Shown here in pieces: positions 40,200-52,200 of a DNA stretch of 64,000 bases. The position numbers were made by a program, and so were the translations under genes. Where the stretch lies: NCBI RefSeq assembly GCF_030028105.1, contig NC_092370.1, positions 94,446,969-94,510,968 of the forward strand. Direction: 5' to 3'. This stretch comes from Mobula birostris. Taxonomy: Eukaryota. The notes under the pieces were generated by a model. That model was not told the origin of the DNA. It worked only from the letters and a program-made list of their open reading frames with translations, and made no database searches. Each line of letters starts with the position of its first letter. Position 1 is the stretch's first letter.

Positions 40200-42620
40200 G
40201 TTGCAAGCTGACCCCTGATGGCCTTGGTTGCTCAGAGAGTTGGTAATGGTAATCGTGAAAGAGATTCGGATCCACGATGTCTCTTTCTGGCACCCAGCAC
40301 CTTTCCTCCAGTCCACCAGGTATTGCTGAACACCTCCAGCACCTCACGAGTCCAAAAGTCTTTTCCCCATGAAGCCTGTTCCCCCTCAATAAACCTGGGT
40401 GGTGGGGAGGCGATAGTTGTGGGGCCAAGGGGCTGGTGCAGACAGGTTTTAATTCAGAGATTTAGAAGGTGGGGTTGATCTTTAGGGTCTTGGGGAGCTG
40501 CAGGGTGTAAGCCACTGGGTTTACTTTCCTCAGGATCTCAAAGAGACCAAAGAATTTGGGTGCCAACTTTCTAGATTCCACTCGGAGAGGCAAATATTAA
40601 GTGGACAGTTAGACCTGTTGCCCAGGCTGTAACGCGGATCGCAGACTTCTCCTTTGGCTTGCCTTGGTCTCCGCTCTCCGCTCTCCACATGGAGGCCAGC
40701 AAAATCTCTCTTGCCGTCATCCATTACTGCCTGCAGCATTGGACAAGTTCTTCTTCCTCAGGGACCCCAACTTCGGTTTCTTGCTCTAGAAAGAGGTGGA
40801 GGATAACAAAACTGGCACTTGAATAGAGACATCCCATGCACCGAGTGCTGTACAGTATTGTGGGTGATCTCTGCCCACATTAAATGGTCACACCACTGCT
40901 CAGGTCTTTCCAAGGCCAGGCATCTCAGGGTACATTCTAAATCTTGAATGGTCTGCTCCATCTGACCGTTGGACTGTGGATGAAACCCAGAGGAAAGGCT
41001 TGCTGTTATTCCTATCAGTTTACGGAGAGCCTTCCAGAAATGTGATGTGAATTGTTTACCATGATCTGAGACAATGTCCACTGGGGATCGTGGATCCTGA
41101 AGACCTGGTACAGGACAACCTCTCGTTCCAGTTCATCAAATTTATGGGACGGGGCATCTGGATTCTGGTTCTTCAACCGCAGTTGATAGGTCAGGATGAA
41201 ATTAAACTGGTTAAAAAACAAAGGCCACCTGGCCAGCCTGGAATTCAGCCTCTTGGCTTCCTGAATATAGGGCGGGTTTTAATGGTCAGTTCAAATGATA
41301 AAAGGGTTCTTGGCCCCTTTGGGCCAGTGAAGCCATTCCTCCAAAGCTAACTTAAGCACAAGAAACTCCTGATTCCAGATGTCATAGTTTCTCTTTGCCA
41401 GGGATAGCTGCCTGGAGAAGAATGCACACAGGTGCAGTTTGCTGTCTGAAGGTAACTGTTGAGACAAGACAGCACCTACTCTGATGTCTGAGGTGTCCAC
41501 CTCCCCAATGAAGGGAAGGTCCAGGTTAGGAGAAAGAAAGATGGGAGCTGTTGTAAATGGCTGTTTAAGCTCTGTGAAAGCAGCTTCTGCTTCAGTAGTA
41601 CAGACAAAAGGGCCCGTAGATTTCTTAGTTAGAGCCATCAGCATTCCTAATGAACTTCTGGTAGAAGTTAGCAAATCCCAAGAGTCGTTGGACCTGTTTG
41701 ATATTGGATGGTGGTGGCCAGTCTCTGACTGCCTGGGTCTTGGTAGGGTCCAACTCGAGATTACCATTAAGGATGATGAAACCCAAATATAAAACAGTCC
41801 TCACATGAAACTCAGACTTCTCCATCTTGACGTAAAGTCCATGGTCTAGTAGCCTCTTTAAAATGTCTCTGATGTGAGTGATGTGCACCTCCATGGACTT
41901 TGAGAAGATTAAGGTACCATCCAAGTAGACGAAGGCACACTTATGGAGAGTATCCCGGAGCACAGTGTTTATAAAGGCCTTGAAAACAGCTGGGGTGTTC
42001 ACTGGGCTGAAGGGCATAACCTGGTACTTGTAGTGTCTATTGAACGCCATCTTCCACTCATTGCCCTCCCTGATACAGACCAGATTGTAGGCACTCTGGA
42101 GATCTAATTTTGTGAATGCCCTCACTCCTTGGAGCATCTTGAAAGCCATATTCATAAGAGAAAGGGGGTAGCCATTCCTGGTCATTATGCAGTTTAATCC
42201 CCTGTAATTAATGCACTACAGCAGGCTCCCATCATTCTTTTGTACAAAGAAGAAGCTTGTGCCAGCTGGTGAGGTGGAGGGACTAATAAAGTCCATGGCA
42301 AGACCTTCCTTTATATACTCCTCCATGGCATTTCTCTCCAGGCCTGAGAGCACGTACAAACGACCCTGTAGAGGACAAGGACCAGGCAGCAGTTCCATGG
42401 TACAATTGTAGGGTCAGTGTAGTGGAAGAGTCGAGGCCTTTCCCTTGCTGAGAACCTCCTCTAAGTCCTTCTAAATATTGGGGATTTTGGCCGGTTTGGA
42501 TGGTGTTACCTCCTCCGGACTTCACTTTGAGGATGACTCCTGAGACCTTTTTGGTGACAGGGGTGATTCAACGGGCTTCAGGGTCCACAAGCAACAGCAG
42601 TGAGGTTCTTACAGAGGGTT
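40200..42620 (-). mobile_element. Degenerate chromodomain-bearing Gypsy (Tf2/sushi-like) pol without recognisable LTRs
   Basis: RT (FTKLDLQSAYNLV, YQVMPF, FVYLD), RNase H (EVDTSD..VGAVLSQ..CAFFSR..NYD), integrase (IVSDHGKQFTSHFW..SSGFHPQSNGQ), chromodomain-like YLVDW...WVPERDIVDP. Confidence 0.85.
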
Positions 42621-42639
42621 CTTGCATCCCCAGGATTAG

Positions 42640-43220
42640 GCTTCAAGGGCCAGCATTCCCTTCAGTGTCCTATCCTGAGTCCCTTCACTCCAGTTCCCAG
42701 CCCCTGGCCAAATTAGTTTAAACCCTTCCCAAGAGCCCTAAGTAAGCTGTCCATGAGAATATTGCTCCCAGGTGTCACTTTTGTACAGGTCATTCCCCCC
42801 TAGAAGAGATCCCAATCACCCAAGAACTTGAAGCCCTGCCCCCTGCACCAGTTTCACTGCCACACATTTATCTGCCAATTCATCCTGTTTCTACCCTTAC
42901 TGGTGTATGGAATAGGCAGCAATCCAGAAATTAGTACCCTTGAGGTCCTGCTTCTTGGCTTTTTGCCAAGCTCTCTGAATTCTCTTTTCAGGCCCTCTTT
43001 GCTTTTCCTTCCTATGTCATTGGTACCAATCTGTACCAAGACATCTGGCTGCTCTCCCTCCCCCTCCAAAATGCTGTGCTCATGATCAAGACGTCTCTGA
43101 CCCTGGCACCTGGGAGGCAACATACCATCTGGGTGTCCTGTTCATGTCCACAGAATCTCCTGTCTGTCTCTCTGACTGTCGAGTCCCCTATCACTACTGC
43201 TCCCCTCTTCTCCCTCTTTC
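42640..43220 (-). mobile_element. CR1 ORF1 (SGNH esterase) fragment
   Basis: IGDSTVR...CLPGARVRDV...VQIGTNDI...VLISGLLP. Confidence 0.8.
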
Positions 43221-44672
43221 CCAGGTAAATTTGAGGGCAGGGTGGAAATTGGAGGCAAAGTGGATGAAGTCAATGAGTTCAGCATGGGTGCAGGAAGCAG
43301 CACCAATGCAGTCATTGGTGAAAAAAAAAATAAGGAATTATAATAATGGAGTAGAATAATTGTGCCGTTTTCTGGGAATGTTGCTGTGATCCTTATTGTT
43401 TTTACTTTATATTATTGATTGATTTCAGGACAGCAGCTCTGAAATAATGACACAAATACATAGAATTTGCTGAGAAAATAACAGATTTAAGCTGTAAGGA
43501 TATGTCTGGAATGACCTAGCCATTTATGATTAGAAAGAAATACTTTTATGATGTTCATATCTCCATAAATTAACCTGCCTTGTGACTTTTGCACAAGAAA
43601 TTGCTGAATTTGCAGAAAGATGGGGTTGGTATTTAACAGAGCCAGTATCCCCTTGATTGCATGTTCCTTCAGTGCTAGCCATTATTTCCAGTTCAGAAAC
43701 AGAACAAATAAAACTATGGTATCTTGGTCCAGCAGTTAGTAAATCAAATTTAAAAGCTTTATATTATTCTTACTTTTCTTTTGTCTTCTTTGCTCTCTCC
43801 TTTATTACAACTTTTTTTTCTCTTGGTGAAACTTAACTTCTCCAATCAATGGTACAGGGATTGTGCATATAGACTCATTAGCAACCCAGCAGCGATGCAG
43901 TGACAGAGCACACACCACCAGGTTCAGGAACAATTACCCTACAACTACCAGGCTCCTGAATCAGCGTGAATAACTTCATCTGTGCACCATAACTATGAAC
44001 TGATTCTACACACAAACTCTTCAAGAACTCTTTACAGCTCATGTTCTCAGTAATATTTCTTATTTACACAAATAATTATCTTTAGCACATTGTTTGTTTG
44101 TCAGTGTACATTTATGAATTTTTTTTCATAAATTCTGTTGTATTTCTTTATTTTCCTGTAAATGCCTGCAAAAAAACGGATCTTAAGATAGTATTTGGTA
44201 ATATATACGTACTTTGATAAATTTTACTTTGACATTGAGGTTCAGATACAGTTAATATCCTACAACAATCAGGCTCTTGAACCGACATGGATAACTTCAG
44301 CAACCACTACTTTGAATGGATTCTAGAACCTTCTTGCTGACTCACTTTCAAGGATTCTGGAACTCTTGCTCTCAGCATTAGGTTGTTTTGCACCGTTTGA
44401 TTTCTTTTGCACGTTGGTTATTTGTCAGTTTTTAACTGTTTATGTATAATTTTCAGTAAATTCAACAGTATTCATTTTATTCCTGTAAATGCCAGCAAGA
44501 AAATGAATCTTAAGGTAGTAGTATATGGTAACATGTATGTACTTTGATAATAAGTTTACTTTGAACTCCTACATGACCATCATGATGACATGACAATAGG
44601 GCAGGATGCTGAAAAGTCTATAAAACTAGAGACTGAACACTTCCAAAGCGGTCAGTGGCTGAAGGCTGAAGC

Positions 44673-44789
44673 ATGAAGAGGTGTGTGCGCAAACGCAGGC
44701 GCAGGCGTAGAAATGGCAAGAAACCTTGCAAACGAAAATCAAGTACTATTGTCAGAGCACATCTTGTTCATCGGCGAAGAGCTGGGTGA
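44673..44789 (+). CDS. Truncated duplicate of the Z2-like protamine, 38 aa: MKRCVRKRRRRRRNGKKPCKRKSSTIVRAHLVHRRRAG (possible pseudogene)
   Basis: 44579-44783 reads identical to 46003-46207 (promoter, TATA, 5' UTR, 37 codons), then GGG TGA from unrelated flank; lacks the native 3' UTR. Confidence 0.7.
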   Translation: MKRCVRKRRRRRRNGKKPCKRKSSTIVRAHLVHRRRAG

Positions 44790-46042
44790 TTGAAATTCAG
44801 GTAAAATTAACTAGTTTGATGTCATTTTTTTGAATTGCTGTTCTTATTAGTGCTAATGTGCTTTAGCAAAGGAAATTTGCCATCTTTCTCTGGACAAGCC
44901 TTTATGTGAAATCTTTAATAACTCATATTTACAGTGCATGGCCCCATAAAAAAGCCCAGCTAGCCATTCAGTTCAAGGGCAATAAATGCAGGCCAGTCAT
45001 GGGATAATTGGCAAAAAAACAATTAACCCTATTTCTTTAACTGATACAATCATTCACCATTTGGTCCTAGATTTCCAACTGCACTCACTATGCTGCTAGC
45101 ATCACACACATTAGTAATGGATATTCACGCTGAAAGTTGTGGAGAATAATCTAACTCTTGGTTCTCCACTCAAGGAGACTTGGTGCCATTCCTGAACTTG
45201 GCTGAATAGAACAACTGGATAAATGTTGCCAGGCCATATTGAAGTAACACCTTAGTGACTTGCTTTGTACTTTGACACCTACTTCAATAATATTGACTGA
45301 GAATAGCAGAGTTGGAATTTTAATACCTAAAAAATACTCTCCATTGGATGGAAACAAATGTTTCATGCATTGACTTCAAATAGTTTAGCTTAAATGTAGA
45401 AAACACTAAAGCTGGCCAACAAGATTTTGCTGAACCATATATAGTGTTATACTATATGATAATCAAGAGAAATTCATGATCAAATTGTACAAGCAATTGT
45501 TTGGGGAGACCAGACAGGTACCAACAGAGCAAAGAGAAGCTTCCAAAGACTTTGATTTAAACTTAAGAGGGACAGAGGTTCTTTACTTCGAGTGAAAGGT
45601 ATGTTGTGGGAAAACTCAATTGTCTCTCGGTAAATTTAGAATTATCAAGTTAAATTAAATCCAATCAGCCCTGGCAGATAGGACACAAATTTGATTGTGT
45701 TCAACATTTCACTGGTGAGAATATATACATGGGAACCCTTTGTAAGTTTTAACCCATTGTTGTGTTCCAGGATAATTGTGATCTGAATAGAAGTAGCTTT
45801 GCACGAAATACCTTAAAATCAGTTATCTGCTAAACATATACAATCCCAAAACAACTTGGCCCAAGTGCCAAATATAGACAAATACCTTAAAAGGCAGTTT
45901 GGGAAAAAAATACCTTAATAGGCAATTATATGTTGAACATACACAGCCCAAAAAAAATTTGTGACAAAATGCCAAATATGGAAAGTAGCTGAAACCTGTA
46001 AAATCATGATGACATGACAATAGGGCAGGATGCTGAAAAGTC

Positions 46043-46049
46043 TATAAAA
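46043..46049 (+). promoter_or_regulatory. TATA box of the Z2-like gene
   Basis: TATAAAA 54 bp upstream of the ATG, with TGATGACATGACA (CRE half-site-like) about 35 bp further upstream. Confidence 0.7.
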
Positions 46050-46096
46050 CTAGAGACTGAACACTTCCAAAGCGGTCAGTGGCTGAAGGCTGAAGC

Positions 46097-46228
46097 ATGA
46101 AGAGGTGTGTGCGCAAACGCAGGCGCAGGCGTAGAAATGGCAAGAAACCTTGCAAACGAAAATCAAGTACTATTGTCAGAGCACATCTTGTTCATCGGCG
46201 AAGAGCTTCAAGACGTTGTCATCGGTAA
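46097..46228 (+). CDS. Scylliorhinine Z2-like protamine, 43 aa: MKRCVRKRRRRRRNGKKPCKRKSSTIVRAHLVHRRRASRRCHR
   Basis: Hand-translated, absent from the ORF track; MK.C.RKRRRRRR...CK..SSTIVRAHLVHRR.A.RRC matches catshark protamine Z2 as I recall it; TATA upstream, AATAAA at 46370. Confidence 0.9.
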   Translation: MKRCVRKRRRRRRNGKKPCKRKSSTIVRAHLVHRRRASRRCHR

Positions 46229-46369
46229 GAAGCTATGACAGATCAAAGAAAAGAACCATGTTTTGAGCTATTCGAGTACTAAAGAAGATGTGCACAAGGC
46301 AGACTGGATGAGGAAACTGCTTGAATTGAAACTTCGTTCTTCACACCATGTTCACTGATTCAAATTGAA

Positions 46370-46375
46370 AATAAA
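46370..46375 (+). terminator. Poly(A) signal of the Z2-like gene
   Basis: AATAAA 142 bp after the stop, followed by a motif shared with the S1-like gene. Confidence 0.75.
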
Positions 46376-47167
46376 AGCCTACAAGTACTGAGACTTGGAA
46401 AAAATATTTTGTTTGACTCAAGTTTTTTCAAATATAATTGCAGAATTATTTCATTACATGGTCAAGGGTGCTTGAATTGAAAGCGAAAGTGGTGCAAATG
46501 AACCTCCTATAGATGTCAGTCAAGAGAACATTGAAACACTCATTCTGTTGGGAGGGCATTCCAGGACTTTGTAGATACTGTTTCTATGCATCTGCTAGTC
46601 TATGACTAGATGGTAGAGATAATGTATGATCGGTAGGATTCACCATTCTGTTGGTTGAGACTGGTGTAAGTGCAGGGGGATTTGATGAGTGAAAGACAGG
46701 GAGAAGGTGTGAAAGACATCCCAAAGCAGGCCCATCATCAACCATTGTGCTGGTGTGGTCATTGCCATACTAAAGGAAATGTAAGATTTACTTTGCAGTC
46801 AAACCACAATGTAATAATGAACAAGAGAAAATCTGCAGAAGCTAGAAATCCAAGCAACACACACCAAATGCTGGAGGAACTCAACGGGCCAGGCAGCATG
46901 TATGGAAAAGAACACAGTCAATGTTTTGGGACGAGATCCATCACCACTCCTGATGAAGGGTTGACTGTACTCTTTTCCATAGATACAGCCTGGCCTGCTG
47001 AGTTGGACCACAAGGCAAAGGAGCAGAATTAGGCCATCTGGCCCGTTGAGTTTGCTCTGCCATTCAGTCAAGGCTGATCCTTTTCTTTATCTCCTCCTTA
47101 ACTACTATTCCCGGCCCTCTCCCCAAAACCTTTGATGCCATGTCAAATCAAGAACCCATCAATCTCT

Positions 47168-48210
47168 TGTCATGGCTCGGTCCGTGAAGTCCGCATTCTG
47201 GTTCACGGTCTGGTCCATCGACCCTTGCTCCAGGTTTTCCTGTCTACCCTGTTTCTGTTTCTGTTGAGCACTAATTGAGGCAGCTGATTCTTGTTGGGGC
47301 TGGCTGTATAAATACCTCCAGAAACCAGGGGCATGGCTGCTGGATTGTTCTTGTCCTTACTCCTTGTATCCCTTCCCCTCTCTTCTGTTTCCTTGCCTGA
47401 AGCCCTGCCTTGTCTTGCTGGTAACTCCTGCCTCGCCTCGCCTGTAGTCTTGTCTTGGAGCCACCCTGTACCTAGCTCCCTTCCTGTCCCTTGCCTCCGT
47501 CAGGTAGGCCAGGCCGTATTGCCGTTACCCTGCAGTGGGTTCTGTCCCTTTCTGTCCCTTGCCTCCGTTGGGTAAGCCAGGCTGTGTTGCTGTTACCTAC
47601 AGTTGGTTCTGTCCCTTCCTGTCCCTTGCCTCTGTCGGATAAGCCGGGCTGTTTTGCTGTTACCCTGCGGTTGGTTCTGTCCCTTCCTGTCCCTTGCCTC
47701 CGTCGGGTAAGCCAGGCCATATTGCCCTTACCCTGTGGTGGTTTCTGTCCCTTCCTGTCCCTTGCCTCTGTCGGGTGGAGATCCGCGCCCTGCCCAGGAG
47801 GAGCTTCAAGACCCCAAGCCTCTAGCTGAGCCTCGCCTCATGCCGAGCTTCAAGACCCCAAGCCTCAAGCCTCTAGTCTCAAGTCTCTGGTCTCCAGCCT
47901 CACCTCAAGTCTCAAGCCTTACCTCGAGTCTCAAGCCTGAAGACTCCAGCCTCGTCTTGCCTGCCAGCCAAGTCACGTCCTTGCCCGGTTCTGGGGTCCG
48001 AGCCAGAGGCAAGACCCAGATTCTGGGTCCTTATACAGTCTCTGGCTTGGAGTCCAAGCCCTGGTTCCTAACTCTCTTGTCCAGTCCTGTTCCGGGTTCC
48101 CGGTTTTCATGTCCATGTCCTTACCCTCACCCTGTATCCTAGTCCTGTCCCTAGTACTTCAGTGTCTGTGTCTTGCACTTGGGTCTGTTCCCAGCCACCA
48201 CCTTATGACA
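47168..48210. mobile_element. Solo LTR, about 1.04 kb, with an internal minisatellite
   Basis: Termini TGTCAT...ATGACA; 5-bp TSD TCTCT at 47163-47167 and 48211-48215; about five copies of a ~65-bp unit at about 47478-47775. Confidence 0.8.
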
Positions 48211-49016
48211 TCTCTGCCTTAAATACACCCAACCATCTGGCCTCCACAGCTGCATGTGGCAACAAGTTCCACAAATTCACCACACTTTGGCTAAAGAAAT
48301 TTCTCTGCATCTCTGTTTTGAAAGGGTGCCCCTCTATCCTGAGGCTGTGCCCTCTTGTCCTAGGCTCTACCACCATGGGAAACATCCTTTCCACATCTAC
48401 CCTGTCTAGACCTTTCATCATTCGAAAGGTTTCAATGAGATCCTCATCCTTCTGGATTCCAGCGAGTACAGACCCGGAGCCATCAAACGTTCCTCGTATG
48501 ATAACCCTTTCATTACTGGAATCATCCTTGTGAACGTCCTCTGGACCGTCTCTAATGCCAGCATATCTCTTCTAAGATGAGGGGCCCAAAACTGTTCACA
48601 ATACTCAAGGTGAGGCCTCACCAGTCCCTTATAAAGCCTCAGCATCACATCCTTGCTCTTGAATTCTAGACCTGTTGAAATGAATGCTAACATGGCATTT
48701 ACGTTCCTCACCACTGACTCAACCTGCAAGTTAACCTTCAGGGTGTTCTGCACAAGGACTCCCAAGTCTCCCTGCATTTTAGATTCCTGGATTTTCTCCC
48801 CATTTAGAAAATAGTCCACACATTTATTTCTACTACTAAAGTGCATGACCATGCATTTTCCAACATTGTATTTTGTTTCCCATTTTCTTGCTCATGCTCC
48901 TAATCTGTCCAAGTCCTTCCACATCCTACCTGTTTCCTCAACACCACCTGCCCCTCCACTAATCTTCGTATCATCTGCAAACTTGGCAAAAAAGCCTTCT
49001 ATTCGATCATCTAAAT

Positions 49017-49266
49017 CAGTGGTCCTCAACCTCCGGGCTGCGGACCGATACCGGGCCGTGGAGAATGCAGCGGTGCAGCGGTAGCTGGAATGTATCCAGC
49101 ACATCTTTAAGAAAAAAGCTGAAATAAACAAGCTAATTGATTAGGTGCCGCCCAGCAAGTAAATGTCGGCCCAGATCAGAGGCGCCTCCTAATCAATTAG
49201 CTTATTTATAAGCTGCATTCTTCGCGACCCAGTATCGGTCCACGGCCCAGAGGTTGGGGACCACTG
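49017..49266. mobile_element. hAT MITE, 250 bp
   Basis: TIRs cagtggtcctcaacct ... aggttggggaccactg; 8-bp TSD ATCTAAAT. Confidence 0.9.
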
Positions 49267-52200
49267 ATCTAAATCATTTATATACAGCATAAAAATAAGT
49301 GGTCCCAACACCAGCCCCCGCGGGACAAAACTAGTCACTGGTAGCGAACCAGAAAAGGATCCTTTTATTCCTACTCACCGCCTCCTACCGATCAGCCAAT
49401 GCTCTAACCATGTTAGTAACTTTCCTGTAATACTATGGGGTCTTAACTTAGTAAGCAGCCTCATGTGTGGCACCTTGACTTAGGCCTTCTGAAAATCCAA
49501 ATATATAATATCCACTGTATCCCCTTTATCTATGCTACTTGTAATCTCCTGAAAGAATTCCACCAGGTTCATTAGGCAGGATTTTCCCTGAAGGAAACCA
49601 TGCTGACTTTGTCCTATCTTGTCCTGTGTAACCAAGTTCTCCATCACCTCATCCTTAACAATTGACTCTAGCTTCTTCCCAACTACTGACGTCAGGCTAA
49701 CTGGTCTATTAATTTCCTTTCTGCTGCCTTCCTCCTTTCTTAAAGAGTGGAGTGATATTTGCAATTTTCCAGTCCTCTGGCACTATGCCAGAGTCCAATA
49801 ATTTTTGAAAAATCATTTCTAATGCCACCACAATCTCTAACCCTACCTCCTTCAGAACCCTAGGGTGCAGTTCATCTGGTCCGGGTGACTTATCTTCTTT
49901 TAGGTCTTTCAGCTTTTTCAGCACCTTCTCTCTTGTAATAGTAACAGCACCTACCTCTCTTCCTTCACACACCACAAAATCAGGCATACTGCTCGTGACT
50001 TCCACAGTGAAGGCTGATACACAATACACATTTAGTTCATCAGCATCTCCTTGTCCCCCGTTATTATTTATCCTCCCTCATTTTCTAGCAGTCCTTTATC
50101 TACTCTCATTTCTCTTTTATTTTTAACATACTTGAAAAAACTTTTACTATCTACTTTGATATTATTTGCTAGTTTGCTTTCATATTTCAACTTTCCCCTT
50201 CTAATAATTTTTTTAGTTGATCTCTGTAGTTTTTTGAAAACTTCCCAATCCTCTACCTTCCCACTAATTTTTGCTTTGCTGTATGCCCTTCCTCTTGCTT
50301 TCACAATAGCATTGACTTCTCTTGTAAGCCACGTTGTACTATTTTACCATTTGAGTATTTCTTCATTTTTGGAATATACATGTCCTGCACCTTCCTCATT
50401 TTTCTCAGAAACGCACGCCATTGCTGTTCTGCTGACATCCCTGCCAGCGGCTCCATCCAATTTACTTCGGCAAACTCCTCTCTCATACCATTGTAATTTC
50501 CCTTACTCCACTGAAATACTGCTATATCAGACTTTACTTTCTCCCTATCAAATTTCAAGTTGAACACAATCATATTGTGATCACTGGTTCCTAAGGGTTC
50601 TTTTACCATAAGTTCCCTAATCGCCTCCGGTTCGTAACATAACATACAATCCAGTATAGCTGATCCTCTAGTATGTTCAATGATAAACTGGTCTAAAAAG
50701 CTATCTCTTAGGCATTCAACAAACTCACTTTCTTGAGATCCATTACCAACCTGATTTTCCTAACTGAACTGCATGTTAAAACCTCCCATGACTATCATAG
50801 CATTCCTCTTTTGATCCGCCTTATTTCCCGTTGTAACCTTTGATCCACCTCCCAGCCACTGTTGGGAGGTCTGTATATAACTGCCATCAATGTCTTTTTA
50901 CCCATGCAGTTTCTTAACTCACCCCACAAGGATTCAAACATCTTCCGATCCTATGTCACACCATCCCCTCTGCCTACCTTCCTATCCCTCCGATATAGCA
51001 TGTAACCTTGGACATTCAGCTCCCAACTACAACCATCCTTCCGCCACGATTCGGTGATAGAAACATAGAAAACCTACAGCACAATACAGGCCCTTTGGCC
51101 CACAATGCTGTGCTGATTTTGGAAATTATCTAGGGTTACCTCTATTTTTCTAAGCTCCATGTACCTATCCAGGAGTCTCTTAAAAGACCCCATCGTATTC
51201 GCCTTCACCACCGTCGACGGCAGCCTATTCCACGCACTCACCACTCTCTGCATAAAAAACTTACCCCTGACATCTCCTCTGTACTTACTTCCAAGCACCT
51301 TAAAACTGTGCCCTCTCGTGTTAGCCAATTCAGCTTGGGAAAAAGCCTCTGATTATCTATACGATCAATGCCTCTCATCATTTTATACAAGATATAGGAG
51401 CAAAATTAGGCCATTTGGCCTATCTAATCTACTCTGCCATTTCATCATGGCTGACCCAATTTTCCTCTCAGCCCCAATCTTCTGCCTTCTTCCAGTACCT
51501 CTTCATGCCCTGACCGATCAAGAATCTATCAATCTTTGTATTAAATACACATAAAGACTAGGCCTCCACAGGTGTCTGTTGTAAAGAATTCCACAGATTC
51601 ATCACTCCCTGGCTAAAGAAATTCCTTATCATCTCTGTTCTAAAAGGATGCCCCTCTCTTTTGAGGCTGTCCCCTCTGGTCTTAGACTCTCCCATCACAG
51701 GAAACATCCTCTTTACATCCACTCTATCAAGAACTTTCACCATCTCAGGGTCTATCCTGTGCTGCTCCCTTAGGATCTTGTGTACTTCAATGAACCTCCT
51801 TATTCTAAACTCCAAGGACAGATTCAACTATTCTTAACCACTCACGTATGATATTTCTTGTGTTCCAGGAATTAGTCAGGAGAATCTTTTTTTGAGACTA
51901 CCTCCAACACTAATATCTTCTTTCATAAATAAGAGATGAAAATTGTGTGCAGTACTTCAGGTGTCTCTGTAACAGGACTTCCCTATTTTAAACCCTTAAC
52001 CACTTTGCAAGAAGAGCCAATATGCCAGATGCCTTCCTAACTACTTGCTGTACGCGTCTGTTAACTTCCTGTGTAGTGTGCATATACACCAAGATCCCTA
52101 TAAACTTCATTCATCTGCAAATTCTCTTCTCTTAGATACTGATCTGTCTTTTGTTTTCTCTTTGCAAAATGCATGGCTTTACATTTTTCCTCTTTAAATT

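Noticed and set aside
43774-43850. Lys/Glu-rich minus-strand stretch ending at a strong donor |gtaaga
   Set aside because: No clear acceptor or consistent reading frame; it could be a non-coding exon but I cannot support that
47333-48142. Regularly repeated units and Pro/Leu-rich ORFs that resemble a CRISPR array or repeat protein
   Set aside because: The units are contiguous tandem copies without unique spacers, lie inside an LTR with a TSD, and the DNA is eukaryotic
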